The notes: generated by a model from the sequence alone, not told the origin. A stretch of 64,000 nt of DNA from Dehalococcoidia bacterium (GCA_965215675.1 OZ244112.1:1626336-1690335), one strand, 5' to 3'. Shown: positions 45,978 to 56,256, counted from the first letter of the stretch. Numbers and translations are program-made.

Positions 45978-47552
45978 CTAGCAATCTGGAGCTAGGAGTG
46001 AATCTTGGGCTCCGCTCAACTGGCCCGTTTGGACCGAGCGAGTCGAGGCCATGTTCCTCACTTCTCTCCGCTCTCTCCTTTTATTCGGGTTTCGCCAGCA
46101 CCAGGTACTCGCCCCTGATGAAGCGCGACATTTTCTGATATAGGCGCCTTCCTTGACTTCCCAGACGGAAAGGACCGGCAGTATGCGGGTGGCCAGCAGG
46201 TATATGAAGATGGCCCCGCCGATGCCGCCAACGACTATGAAAATATCCCAGATATCGGGGTACGCCGCGGGAGGGACGTGATCGAGGAAGGGGGCGAAGA
46301 TATTGCCCGAGTTAGCCCCGCCCACAAACACGCGGACGCTGAACATCAAGGCTCCCAGCGCAGCCGAAAGTCCGGCCAGTGGCGGACCCCAGGCACTGCG
46401 ACGCACCGGGTTCCACAACAAGAGGAGGAACGGGATGACAAAGCTGAGCGCTAGGTTGGCTACGAAAACTCCGCCGTAGGACTCGCCAAACAGGTACTTG
46501 ATTATGTTTTGTTCCACCACCAGCCGTCCGAACCAGAAGGTGATGAAAAAGGCGAACAGGTGGTATGCCCAAAGCAGCGTCAGTCCCAGCAGGACCTTAC
46601 TGGCGGACCAGAACACCGCCTTGCCATAGTACTCGTGGTAGCCTCCCCATCGCCGCATGATGTACAGGACGACGAGGCAGGTGCCGAGGGCAACCTGGAA
46701 TCCAGTGAGGCTGTAGATAACCGGAAAGATCGAGTCTTTCCAGCCAGGAATCATGCTCTGCGCATAGTCAGAACTGATGATGAAGTGCACGAATATCAGG
46801 AGCATGAAGTAGAAGGCGCCGAGCATGGCCAAGCCAGCCTTTTGCGCGTTCCACTGCCGCTTGGTGCCGTACCAGTGCCCCGCCAGCCTGCGATAGAGCC
46901 AGCCGCGGAAGCCGGCCGCGGTGTTCCGGGCCTCGGCCATGTCAGGCACCGCTGACAGCCACAGTATGAACATCGCGGTAACGGCCAGTCCTGCAATCCC
47001 CGCCATATCCCAGGCGTGTGGCGCACCGATGGGTCCCTCGAACCAGATCGTTCGGCGGATTTCCAACTCGTGTGCTCCGCCATGGGACGGGTTCGGGTTG
47101 GCGATTGGCGGGAGTATCATCATCATCGGAATGAAGGCGATGATGTTGAAAATGCCAACGACCGCAAAGAGCTCGGAGACGCGGGACAAGGGTCGGCGCC
47201 AGTGGCTCTTGGTGAACCTGAATGCCACCGCTGCCACCGGGGCGGCGCTGGTGACCATGAAAACGTACGAGAAGGTCGCCATGTAATAGCCCCACGGCGC
47301 TCGGTCGTCGAATCCATCGGCGGCAGCGCGGGCTACGAACCCAACCACTCCCAATACCAGCAAGGCAAAGGTCAAGACCATAGCAAGGGTCAGGGGCCCG
47401 GGCATGGCGGAGATCTTCGCCGCCATATCGCGGGTCATCACCCTGGGATTGGGGAATATCCACATCCCGGGATAGTGACCGCCCGAAATGCCCCCGTGTC
47501 CCTCGTCGTGGGCTGTGCCGTGGTGGATATGTTCGCTTTCGCTGGCTGCCAT
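45978..47552 (-). CDS. actC: NrfD/PsrC-like integral membrane quinol-interacting subunit (ActC-type); 3' end suspect
   Basis: 524-aa ORF. The last ~60 aa (RKCRASSGASTWCWRNPNKRRERRE..) are not membrane-protein-like. See the finding at 46081-46150. Confidence 0.75.
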   Translation of the reverse strand: MAASESEHIHHGTAHDEGHGGISGGHYPGMWIFPNPRVMTRDMAAKISAMPGPLTLAMVLTFALLVLGVVGFVARAAADGFDDRAPWGYYMATFSYVFMVTSAAPVAAVAFRFTKSHWRRPLSRVSELFAVVGIFNIIAFIPMMMILPPIANPNPSHGGAHELEIRRTIWFEGPIGAPHAWDMAGIAGLAVTAMFILWLSAVPDMAEARNTAAGFRGWLYRRLAGHWYGTKRQWNAQKAGLAMLGAFYFMLLIFVHFIISSDYAQSMIPGWKDSIFPVIYSLTGFQVALGTCLVVLYIMRRWGGYHEYYGKAVFWSASKVLLGLTLLWAYHLFAFFITFWFGRLVVEQNIIKYLFGESYGGVFVANLALSFVIPFLLLLWNPVRRSAWGPPLAGLSAALGALMFSVRVFVGGANSGNIFAPFLDHVPPAAYPDIWDIFIVVGGIGGAIFIYLLATRILPVLSVWEVKEGAYIRKCRASSGASTWCWRNPNKRRERREVRNMASTRSVQTGQLSGAQDSLLAPDC

Positions 47553-47603
47553 TGAGTTTATTCGCCCATTGCTGAATGAAATAGGCCGGTTTACCCCGGA
47601 TCC

Positions 47604-48443
47604 CTAGTGGGCTTCACCGCCGATGGGGTACTGGTCCACCTTCTTGAGGTAGATGACGTTGGGCTTGGTTCCCATTTCCTCCAAGAGCCGGTAAACCCGG
47701 GTCTCGGATTCGTCAACGTATTCGCCGTGATGCACTTTGTCGTACTGTTCGTTGGCCTTTTCGAAGTACTTGAAGACCGGTCCCGTGGGATCCCTCTGCT
47801 CTCCGAACATCAGGGCGTTGGTAGGGCAGGCCTGGGCACAGGCCGGCAGGAAATTGCCGTCCTTCATCCGCTGGTAGTTGAGGTACCGGTCCTCGCCAGC
47901 CGGGATACGCTCCCCGGTGAGAGGTTCCACTCCGCGGCGTTCCACCGTGATCTCCCCGCGCCTGATCCGCTGCACGCAGAAGGAGCAGCGTTCCATGATG
48001 CCACGGCTTCGTATGGTTACGTCAGGGTTGAGCTGGTTGCGAAGACGCTCCGGCCACTTCGGCTCCCACCAGTTGAAGAACCGGACCTGGTAGGGGCAGT
48101 TGTTTGCACAGTAGCGGGTGCCGACGCACCGGTTGTAGACCTGGACGTTGAGTCCCTCATCGTTGTGATAGGTTGCGTAAACCGGGCAGACGGGCTCACA
48201 CGGCGCATTCTCGCAGTGCTGACACATTATGGGAATGAAGCGCGCCTTGACGTTCGGGAATTCACCCTCCCAATAGCGCTCAATCCTGATCCACTCGTAG
48301 GCCCGGCGCTGCTGGAAGTATTCCTTGGTATTTATGGGCAGGTTGTTCTCTGCTTGGCAGGCAACTACGCAGGCCTGACAACCGGTACACCGGTCGAGGT
48401 CTACCACCATGCCCCACTTGTGATCGATTCGATTCGTTACCAT
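47604..48443 (-). CDS. actB: 4Fe-4S ferredoxin-type subunit (ActB2 / PsrB-NrfC-like)
   Basis: Cys clusters CTGCQACVVAC, CQHCENAPCEPVC, CVGTRYCANNC, CSFC, CAQACP. Confidence 0.85.
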   Translation of the reverse strand: MVTNRIDHKWGMVVDLDRCTGCQACVVACQAENNLPINTKEYFQQRRAYEWIRIERYWEGEFPNVKARFIPIMCQHCENAPCEPVCPVYATYHNDEGLNVQVYNRCVGTRYCANNCPYQVRFFNWWEPKWPERLRNQLNPDVTIRSRGIMERCSFCVQRIRRGEITVERRGVEPLTGERIPAGEDRYLNYQRMKDGNFLPACAQACPTNALMFGEQRDPTGPVFKYFEKANEQYDKVHHGEYVDESETRVYRLLEEMGTKPNVIYLKKVDQYPIGGEAH

Positions 48444-48506
48444 CTATGTGCCCTTTATGAACTACAGCGCCGTTTGAACTTGGCCCAACTGATTGTCGTT
48501 CCCGGT

Positions 48507-50825
48507 TTAGCCGTGACCGGGAGCGATGGTCTTGATAATTTCTTCGGCAGGACTCAGGCCTACCTCCACCGCACGGGCAGAGCCTTCGAACTTGGAGACG
48601 TTCACGCTTTCGCCGGTAGGGGAAATCAGTACCCGGGTCCCGGCCCACGCCAGCGTTTCCGGTCCGGCCACCCGGGTGGGCTCCAGAATTTCGGCCACGT
48701 TGGAACTCTCGGTGGCAGGTCGGTCGGTCGCGTAGGCCGATCCGTGTCGCCGTCCACCACCAAAGGGCACGCCAACTACTCCCGGAGGTGTCGCTGGTGT
48801 TGGATACGCGACTGCTCGGATGGAGCCCTGCGAAGACTCGATTCGTACGATATCACCCTCGCGGATTCCGAAGCGTTCTGCAGTGATATCGTTGAGCTCT
48901 ATCCATGTTTGCCAGGTGATCGAGGTCACCGGGTCCGGCGCTGCCTGCAGCCACGGAAGGTGGGCCAGGCTGCCGTCGTTAATCGAGTTATGTGCAAAGG
49001 GAGCCAGGTACAGGGTATTCCCCCCACCGTATCCCTGGAAAGATGGCGCCGAGGCCTTGTCCATTATTTCGCCCAGCAGTCCATCGCGAGGCAGGAGTCC
49101 TATTGGGCCGGTGGACGATTCGTCCCACCAACCACCGCGGCGCAGCAGAGTCGTCCAGAATTCGCCGGCCGTTGCTGCCTCAATCGAGCCCCGGTTCTCC
49201 TCAAACAGCGCGGTGGCGCTCTCTTTCAGCATGGCCTCGTAGTTGCGCCACGGCAACTCCTCGGCGCCAACGCCAAGGGTATCGGCTGCAGCCAGCAGTA
49301 CGTCGGGGAAGCTCCTCGGGTCCAGATCCCACAGCGGGTTCACCACGGGCTGCTGGAATCCGGCTACCTGGTACCCAGGCGCGGGGTCGGGTATGTCGTC
49401 GCCCCAGTCTTCCAGATACACCCTGTCAGGCAGCAACAGGTCGGCCATCACCGTAGTGTCGTCGATGAATGGCGAGAAACTTACAACGAACAGGTCCTGA
49501 GCGTTCAGAATGGCGTCCCGCAGCTTGAGGTAACCGGGAAGTCCGTGCACAGGGTCGACGCTGTGCAGCAGCAACATCCTTGTTTCACCGGTGCGAATCT
49601 GCTCAATCAGGCGCTCGAAGTCTTCCAGACTTGATGCGGCAGAAGTTGCAGGCACGCCTTGCCACGGGCCGTTGGGGTTGAGCCGCACGCCGCCCTTGGC
49701 ACCCACGCTGCCGACCAGCCAATTTAGCACAGCCGCCGCCTCGACGTTGAACAGACCGTTGCTGTGCGCTCCGGCTGACCCGCCCGCTATGGCGATGCTC
49801 GGGCCGTGAGTCGCAAAATTGCGGGCCAGCTTGCGAATGAATTCCGCCGGGTCGCCTCCTGCAATTTCCGAAGTCAGGCCGATATCGCTGATAACATTTT
49901 CGGGACGGTAGTTGTCCAGCCGATCCCGCCCGTTCGGGCCCAGCAGGGCGTCCACGTTGATGCCCGGAGCCTGCAGGTTCTCTTCCACGATCACCTGGGC
50001 GATGCTCAGGGCGAGATGCCCTTCCCAGCCGGGGTTTATGGGCACCCACTTGTCTGCATTGGCCGCGGTCATGGAGAATCGGGAATCAACCTGGTAAAGG
50101 GTCCCTCGTGATTCTCGTCCCTCACCCTGGCGGAATTCACCGTATCCCACCTGCCAGCGGGCCGGCGAAATCCAAGTTGACAGGAAATCCGTTCCGAACG
50201 AGATGACGATGTTGGCATTTTCCAGGTCGAGGTCGGGAAGGACGCTCTGCTGGAACACGTTCTTGGCCGCGTCCCGGTAGACGTTGTTATCGATGGCTTC
50301 GAAGGTCATGTGCTCGGCGCCCACCGCTTCAGCGAACCTGGAGGTGAGCTGACCCAGATGGCCCCTGGTAGGCTTGGTCAGCATTACTGTTCGGGAACCG
50401 CGGTCGGTCAATTGCCGGACCAGCGTTTCCATGGCCTCAGGTTCCCACTGGATGGGGTCAAACTGGCCTGAGTCCCGGTTACCGCCGCGCCGCATCGCTC
50501 CTGGTATGCGGTCGGGATGGTAAAGCGCCTGCACCCCGGCCTCGCAGCCGACGTGCGTCTTGCCCTGGTTCACGGGATACAGTGGATTGCCCTGGACCTT
50601 CTTGGCGCGGCCCTCCATTACCCTGACGAGGATTCCCTCGCAGGATGGGCATGTACGGCACAAGCTGGCGTACCAGTTGTCCTTGCCACGCACCAAGTCT
50701 TCGGGAAGGCTCACCGGGCTCTGGATGTTCAGCTCGCCCTCGCGGATGCCGAAGCCTTCACAGGCCACGGCGCCCAAGGCACCCAGACCGGCCCAAGCCA
50801 GAAAATGTCGCCTACTAAGTTTCAT
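48507..50825 (-). CDS. actB: Molybdopterin-oxidoreductase-like large subunit (ActB1) with Tat signal
   Basis: 772 aa. Twin-arginine signal SRRHFLAWAGLGALGAVA. N-terminal CRTCPSC..C cluster motif. Confidence 0.8.
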   Translation of the reverse strand: MKLSRRHFLAWAGLGALGAVACEGFGIREGELNIQSPVSLPEDLVRGKDNWYASLCRTCPSCEGILVRVMEGRAKKVQGNPLYPVNQGKTHVGCEAGVQALYHPDRIPGAMRRGGNRDSGQFDPIQWEPEAMETLVRQLTDRGSRTVMLTKPTRGHLGQLTSRFAEAVGAEHMTFEAIDNNVYRDAAKNVFQQSVLPDLDLENANIVISFGTDFLSTWISPARWQVGYGEFRQGEGRESRGTLYQVDSRFSMTAANADKWVPINPGWEGHLALSIAQVIVEENLQAPGINVDALLGPNGRDRLDNYRPENVISDIGLTSEIAGGDPAEFIRKLARNFATHGPSIAIAGGSAGAHSNGLFNVEAAAVLNWLVGSVGAKGGVRLNPNGPWQGVPATSAASSLEDFERLIEQIRTGETRMLLLHSVDPVHGLPGYLKLRDAILNAQDLFVVSFSPFIDDTTVMADLLLPDRVYLEDWGDDIPDPAPGYQVAGFQQPVVNPLWDLDPRSFPDVLLAAADTLGVGAEELPWRNYEAMLKESATALFEENRGSIEAATAGEFWTTLLRRGGWWDESSTGPIGLLPRDGLLGEIMDKASAPSFQGYGGGNTLYLAPFAHNSINDGSLAHLPWLQAAPDPVTSITWQTWIELNDITAERFGIREGDIVRIESSQGSIRAVAYPTPATPPGVVGVPFGGGRRHGSAYATDRPATESSNVAEILEPTRVAGPETLAWAGTRVLISPTGESVNVSKFEGSARAVEVGLSPAEEIIKTIAPGHG

Positions 50826-50958
50826 CTGGCAGCTAGTAAGGGAGGAGAAACAGTCGGAGCCTGTTGTCTGTTAGCGCACCAGCATCTAGCCGGTGCACTT
50901 CCGGCAGTGTAGCCCTTCCTGGTTATTCGCTCCTCGCTACTTTCTAATCACTCCTTAT

Positions 50959-51600
50959 CTACTTGTGGCAGATCGTGCAGTCGGTTGGCACGTTGTTTGC
51001 CCGGTGGCAGTCCAGGCAGGTGCCCATCTTGAGAGACTGCCCGGCCTTCGGCTGCACCTCGTCCATGTTACCCACGTCCCCGTGGCAAATGGAGCAGGTT
51101 TCTGCGATTGTAAGCGACTGGTTCACTTCACTGCGGTTGATGTCGAACCGCTGCCCCTCGACACCCTCGGTTCCCATATCGCTGGTGAAGAACCGTATGT
51201 GGGCCTCGTGGACGAACCGGACGTGGTCGGGCATTCGGTGGACCCGTTCCCAGTCAATCGGCTCCTCGTCTGCGAAGAACTGTTGCACTTTGGCGATCTC
51301 GGTCTCCGCCTGTACGTCCCGCCCTGCAATGTCCTTGTGGCAGAACAGGCACTGCTCAACTGCCGGCACCGTGGCCGCATCGCCCTTGGTCACGTTGCGG
51401 TGGCAGAATTCGCACTGGATCCCGTTTTCTTCCACGTGAACGGTGTGGGGGAAGGCCACGGGCTGGGCCGACGCATTGCCCAGGCCAAAGGGCGGATTGG
51501 AAAACCAGGAAATAAACAAGACAACCAGCACGAAGCCGATGATTACAGTGAAAATTCCACCCGCTACCATTAGCGGGATCAATTTGGATGAGGGTCTCAT
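50959..51600 (-). CDS. actA: Pentaheme cytochrome c, ActA-like
   Basis: N-terminal TM and five CxxCH motifs (CEFCH, CLFCH, CSICH, CLDCH, CTICH). Confidence 0.8.
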   Translation of the reverse strand: MRPSSKLIPLMVAGGIFTVIIGFVLVVLFISWFSNPPFGLGNASAQPVAFPHTVHVEENGIQCEFCHRNVTKGDAATVPAVEQCLFCHKDIAGRDVQAETEIAKVQQFFADEEPIDWERVHRMPDHVRFVHEAHIRFFTSDMGTEGVEGQRFDINRSEVNQSLTIAETCSICHGDVGNMDEVQPKAGQSLKMGTCLDCHRANNVPTDCTICHK

Positions 51601-51700
51601 TATTGGGTGGAACCGTTCATTTCGAGATGCCTGTCGCCCCCGCCTGCGGGCTTGACCGCCAAGCAGAGACGTGGGTCCGATGAAATTGAAACCGGCCTGC

Positions 51701-51991
51701 TTAGATCAGCAGCCGGCTCCAGAAGTTCCTTACATCAAGAGTCTGGTTGATCCCGATAATCAGGATGACGATTGTAGCGGCTCCTATCAGGAGGGCGAAC
51801 AATGTCAGCGGAAGCCGGAGCTTTGCGGCACTGGCCGGAAGGTGCCCTGTGCTTACCACAGATGGGATAAGGGCGTGCGCGGTGAGCATGGTCATGGCAA
51901 ACGTGACTACCAGTGGGAAATATATCCAGAACCACTGCAGAAAGAGGTGAATGTTGTGCCAGTCGGTGGTTGTTAGTGCTTTGGGGTCCAT
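51701..51991 (-). CDS. Small hydrophobic protein upstream of actA
   Basis: 96 aa from ATG 51991 (MDPKALTTTDWHNIHLFLQWFWIYFPLVV..) with 2-3 predicted TM segments. The upstream part of the listed ORF is Arg-rich and unlikely to be coding. Confidence 0.45.
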   Translation of the reverse strand: MDPKALTTTDWHNIHLFLQWFWIYFPLVVTFAMTMLTAHALIPSVVSTGHLPASAAKLRLPLTLFALLIGAATIVILIIGINQTLDVRNFWSRLLI

Positions 51992-52300
51992 GGAGTACCG
52001 TTCACCCTGAATCCGCCCGTCCGTTGAGCCATGCTTGCCGGTCTCTGGCAAAACTTGTCCCCGCCTTCGCGGGGATTTTTGCCCTGATTCCCGCCGAACA
52101 ACACGGCGGGTCGCAAACCGAGTGAAAATTATCACAACCATTTTGGAGTGTCAAGGGGATTTAGCTTGCTATTCCCGCCTCATGGCGACGCCCGAAGGAA
52201 AGGTCTGTCCGGTCCCGCGCAGCGTGGATTGATGATCGCGGGGTATTCATTTAAGAGTACTTGGGCCAAAATAAAGGGCAGAATTCCTAGGAGGGTCCCA

Positions 52301-53752
52301 ATGCCGGCCAGGAACGGGCAACAGTACATTGACGGGCTAAAAGAAAGGCCGCCGTCCCTGTATTTGCGTGGGGAAAAGGTCAAAGACCCCACTACGCACC
52401 CAGGGCTCAGCGGCGGAGTGAAGACGCTGGCCCGTCTCTACGACCTTCAACACGATCCTGCCGTAGGTTCTGAAATGACCTACACCTCGCCTACAAGCGG
52501 CGATAAGGTGGGTCTGTCCTTCATCACCCCCAGGACCAGCGAGGATATGGACGCCCGCCACAATATGATGCGCCACTGGGCCCGCGTCAGCTGCGGAATG
52601 ATGGGTCGCACGCCCGACTTCCTCAACGTGAGCCTGATGGCAATGGCCGAGGCGGGTGATTACTTCGGCGAAGACCGGCCGGAGTTCAAGCAGAACATCC
52701 GCAATTACTACGAGAAGGTGCGAGAGGAAGACCTGGTACTCACTCACACCCTGGTGAACCTTCAGCGTAGCCGCGTGCCCACCGAGACCATTCTGCACGA
52801 CAACACCGATATCGCCCTCTCTGTGGTGAAAGAGACCGACGCCGGTATCGTTGTTCACGGGGCAAGGCTGCTGGCCACCCTGCCCATTGCTGACGAAATA
52901 GCCGTGTATCCCGCCCGATCCCACCGCCTACCGACGGGCGCACCCGGCCGCACTTCGTTCGCCTTTGCCATTTCCTGCGATGCTCCCGGCCTCAGGTTTC
53001 TCTGCCGTGAGAGCATGGACCTGGGCCGTTCCCATTTCGATCACCCCCTGGGTTCGCGATTCGAAGAGATGGACGCCTTGGCCTTCTTCGACAACGTATT
53101 CGTCCCGTGGGAGCGGGTCTTCCTTCTGGGCGACCCGGACCGCTGCAACAACATGTCGCGGCGGACCCACCAGTACCTGCATTCGGGGCACCAGGTCGTG
53201 ACCAAGAACGTGGTCAAGCTGGAGTTCGTGCTGGGTCTGGCCAACCTGATGCAGCATACCCTCGGCTCAGGCCAGCAGCCTCAGATGATGCAGATGACCG
53301 CCGAAATCATCGAGAGCCTGGAGACAACCAAGGCACTGCTGCGGTCAGCGGAGGCAGATGCCGCTCTTGATGAGTGGGGAGTCCTCTGCCCAGCCGAAAT
53401 GCCGCTGACCGTGGCCCGGCACCTTTTCATCCGGATGTACCCCAGGATGGGCGAGATACTGCAGTTGATGGGTTCCAGCAGCCTGATGGCCCTGCCCACA
53501 GAGGCGGACCTGAAGGGGCCGCTGGCCGATGAGCTGGCCAGCTACCTGGACACCGACACGGCGACGGCCGAGGACAGGGTGCGCCTCTTCCGCTTGGCCT
53601 GGGACACCTGCTGCAGTGCGTTCGGATCTCGGCAGATCCTCTACGAACGCTTCTTCCAGGGCGACGTCTACCGAAATGTTGTGCTTCTCAACAGCTTGTA
53701 TGACAAGGAGCCCGCCACGGCCTTCGTACGCGAGTTCCTGGAAGGTGGCTGA
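52301..53752 (+). CDS. HpaB-family flavin-dependent oxygenase component, paralogue 2
   Basis: Start MPARNGQQYIDGLKE at 52301 behind SD TAGGAGGG. About two-thirds identical by eye to 19391-20845 over the N-terminal 60 residues and collinear throughout. Confidence 0.8.
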   Translation: MPARNGQQYIDGLKERPPSLYLRGEKVKDPTTHPGLSGGVKTLARLYDLQHDPAVGSEMTYTSPTSGDKVGLSFITPRTSEDMDARHNMMRHWARVSCGMMGRTPDFLNVSLMAMAEAGDYFGEDRPEFKQNIRNYYEKVREEDLVLTHTLVNLQRSRVPTETILHDNTDIALSVVKETDAGIVVHGARLLATLPIADEIAVYPARSHRLPTGAPGRTSFAFAISCDAPGLRFLCRESMDLGRSHFDHPLGSRFEEMDALAFFDNVFVPWERVFLLGDPDRCNNMSRRTHQYLHSGHQVVTKNVVKLEFVLGLANLMQHTLGSGQQPQMMQMTAEIIESLETTKALLRSAEADAALDEWGVLCPAEMPLTVARHLFIRMYPRMGEILQLMGSSSLMALPTEADLKGPLADELASYLDTDTATAEDRVRLFRLAWDTCCSAFGSRQILYERFFQGDVYRNVVLLNSLYDKEPATAFVREFLEGG

Positions 53753-53794
53753 ACGTCCAGTACCCTCTTAAAGAGGTCCGGGTCAAATAAAGCA

Positions 53795-53817
53795 GGGGGG
53801 CGCACATTGTGCGCCCC
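53795..53817. terminator. Bidirectional GC-rich hairpin between convergent genes
   Basis: GGGGCGCAC-att-GTGCGCCCC followed by AGTTTCTTC. Confidence 0.55.
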
Positions 53818-53850
53818 AGTTTCTTCACATGGTCGATGGCTCGGCCGCCA

Positions 53851-55287
53851 TCAATCGTTGCCGTCGCCGCCCGCTGGTGCGGGGGCTGCCACTCTAGGTG
53901 GTGCGGCCCTGATGGGCGTCGCCTTCTGTCGTGCCTCGTCGGGAAGCTCGCTCTCCCAGTCGGGGATCAGCACCTCCGAGTTGTTTTCCAGCAGGGAGAT
54001 TACGAGTACGCCGCCCAGGCTGTAGGCCATGGACAGGCCCAGGATGGCCATGTATGAGCCCGTTACGTACATGATGAGTCCAGCCAGGGCGGTTGCTACG
54101 AAGTGGCCCATGAGAGCCCCGGTCGTCTGCAGGCCGTAGAGCGTGCCCATCGGGCCGTCGCCGTAATACTGCCGGTTGATGATGAGATAGCCGGTCCACT
54201 CGCCACCGAACCCCAAGCCGAAAGTGACCGCGAACAGGTAGAAGAGCCAGGGCTCTGCGGGACCAAACATAATGAGGGGTACGGTGAGGCCCTGGACCGC
54301 CAGGCTCATCGCCATCATTCGCCTGGTTCCATAGATTTCGGCCAATACAGGGGTGCCGAACCTGCTGATGATGCTCACCAGCGAAATGATCGCGAGGATG
54401 AGTCCAGCCGTGGCGAGCGAGCTGAAAACGCCCGTGTCGATGGCGTACTTGGCGACGTAGATGAGTATGATGCCGTGGCCCGCGCAGCCCAGACCGTGAA
54501 TCAGGGGCAGATTCCAGAAAGGACGCGTGCCGCGTATGTGCCGGTTGAAGGTCTTTATCCGAAGCTGCTCCAGACCCTTTGCCAACCGCGCTGACGAAGA
54601 GTCTCCAGGCCGTGTGCCATAAGGCTCTATTCCCAAATCGGAGGGGCGGTTGCGCATAAATGGCACCAGGCACAGCATGGCAATGCCGCCAATCAGGCCG
54701 ATGACCATGAAGTTGGCCTGCCATCCCAGGGACTCGATGAGCCACCCAGCTATGGGCGCAAAGGCCGCTGTGCCGATGCCGCCTGCAGCCCACAGGATTC
54801 CGATTCCCAGACCAAGCCGACGGCGGAACCATCCACTGACCGACGCCATCAGCGGGACCATGCCCAGCGATTGCGTCAGGGAGAGGAGCACCCCGAAGAA
54901 GAGGAAGAATTGCCAGAGTTCAGTGATCCTGCTGAGCAGCATCATGCTTATGAGGTAAAGCGTTGCGGCTGCAAACAGCATGATTCGCGAGCCGAACCGG
55001 TCGCCCATCCAACCGGTGATGGGGGCGTAAAGGGCGCCGAACCCGTAGTAGCAGGCGATGCCAAGGGTTACAAGGCTCTCATTCCAGCCAAAAGCCCCGT
55101 TCTCGTCTGTAAGTGGGGGCAGCATGATGCCAGCGGCCATGCTGATGGAACTGGCAAAAATCTGGACCGTAGCAAGTATGGCAACGATGATCCAGCTGTA
55201 ATGGAAGGGGAGTCGCGCCGCCAGACCTCTGGCCTGTGGCTGGGTTACTTCGCTTCCTGAGGATTCCAGGTCGGTCCGCCTCTGCAA
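53851..55287 (-). CDS. MFS transporter
   Basis: 478 aa (TTG start), about 12 TM segments, hydrophilic C-terminal tail. Confidence 0.8.
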   Translation of the reverse strand: MQRRTDLESSGSEVTQPQARGLAARLPFHYSWIIVAILATVQIFASSISMAAGIMLPPLTDENGAFGWNESLVTLGIACYYGFGALYAPITGWMGDRFGSRIMLFAAATLYLISMMLLSRITELWQFFLFFGVLLSLTQSLGMVPLMASVSGWFRRRLGLGIGILWAAGGIGTAAFAPIAGWLIESLGWQANFMVIGLIGGIAMLCLVPFMRNRPSDLGIEPYGTRPGDSSSARLAKGLEQLRIKTFNRHIRGTRPFWNLPLIHGLGCAGHGIILIYVAKYAIDTGVFSSLATAGLILAIISLVSIISRFGTPVLAEIYGTRRMMAMSLAVQGLTVPLIMFGPAEPWLFYLFAVTFGLGFGGEWTGYLIINRQYYGDGPMGTLYGLQTTGALMGHFVATALAGLIMYVTGSYMAILGLSMAYSLGGVLVISLLENNSEVLIPDWESELPDEARQKATPIRAAPPRVAAPAPAGGDGND

Positions 55288-55437
55288 CTTCTAAACTCAG
55301 CCTTTGCCGTTTTATGGGCGCGCCAGATTATAGCTTCGCAATAGTATCACCTAATATGGTGCAGTTAAACCTGAACCGGCGCCGGGAAGGTGTCCCCAAA
55401 GGCGCCGGCTGTTCAAATTAACCCGGAAATCCACATA

Positions 55438-56256
55438 TCAGGGCATTATGTTCATCTGCCGGACGATGGACTCGCCCAATGCGATGTCGCCCGTTATGGA
55501 CACCCTGCCCGAGCTGATAACCTCGTCCGGATCCCAGCGCCCACACCCCAGGCAATTGAAAGTTTCCGCATCCAGGCTGATCCGGACCGTGGGGTCCTGG
55601 GGGGCTGCGTCCAATTCACGCCCGCGGCCTCCATCCACTCCGATGGGCATTACCCGGCCCGCTGCGCCGGAAACATCCAGCACCACCGTTGAACCGTCCG
55701 GGGCCTGAGCCCGGCGGGCAGCGACGAAGGGCATGGCGCGAATGATGCGGTTCACGGCATGGGCTGCGGCGGGGCTGTCCATGTGTCCGGGCCGGTTGAG
55801 AGCGCGCCGAATGTCCTGCTCGTGAACCCAGGCGTCCATAATGCGGATGCTGATGAACTCCGCCATTGGGGCCGGCCCGATGGGAGTCTGCATTTCGGCA
55901 GCGAAATCGTCGTCGGTCCGGCTTCGAAGGAACTCCAGTCGCTGCCTCGTATTCTGCCGGAACTCCTCCAGCACCTGCCTCCCGTCCCATGAACGCCGGT
56001 AGTCAACGATCATTTCGTTGTGCCGGCCCTGGTCGCTGCGGGTGTGGGAGACGTCGGCTGTTTCGTGGTCCGGGTCCGGATTGCCCAGGATGCCCGACTC
56101 CGACCCCGACATGTGGGATACCTGGTCCTGCACGGCCCACGCAGGACAGTCGGTGGGTGTCTTCCACTCTGATTCGGTCAGGCCGTCGCACAAGTCGCTG
56201 ATGGAACTCCACACGTGCTCCATCATGTCTACTAGCTGCTGATTGGACTCGTTCAT
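55438..56256 (-). CDS. DinB-superfamily / maleylpyruvate-isomerase-like (MDMPI N-domain) protein
   Basis: Start MNESNQQLVDMMEHVW at 56256 behind SD AAGGAAG. ..LTESEWKTPTDCPAWAVQDQVSHM..MDAWVHEQDIRRAL.. is typical of the family. Confidence 0.75.
   Translation of the reverse strand: MNESNQQLVDMMEHVWSSISDLCDGLTESEWKTPTDCPAWAVQDQVSHMSGSESGILGNPDPDHETADVSHTRSDQGRHNEMIVDYRRSWDGRQVLEEFRQNTRQRLEFLRSRTDDDFAAEMQTPIGPAPMAEFISIRIMDAWVHEQDIRRALNRPGHMDSPAAAHAVNRIIRAMPFVAARRAQAPDGSTVVLDVSGAAGRVMPIGVDGGRGRELDAAPQDPTVRISLDAETFNCLGCGRWDPDEVISSGRVSITGDIALGESIVRQMNIMP

Noticed and set aside
47607-49634. 675-aa plus-strand ORF, the longest non-annotated ORF in the window
   Set aside because: It lies fully antisense to the ferredoxin-type and molybdopterin-like ACIII subunits, whose motifs are unmistakable. 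Its product is Gly/Arg/Val/Leu-rich low-complexity text typical of antisense frames in high-GC DNA.
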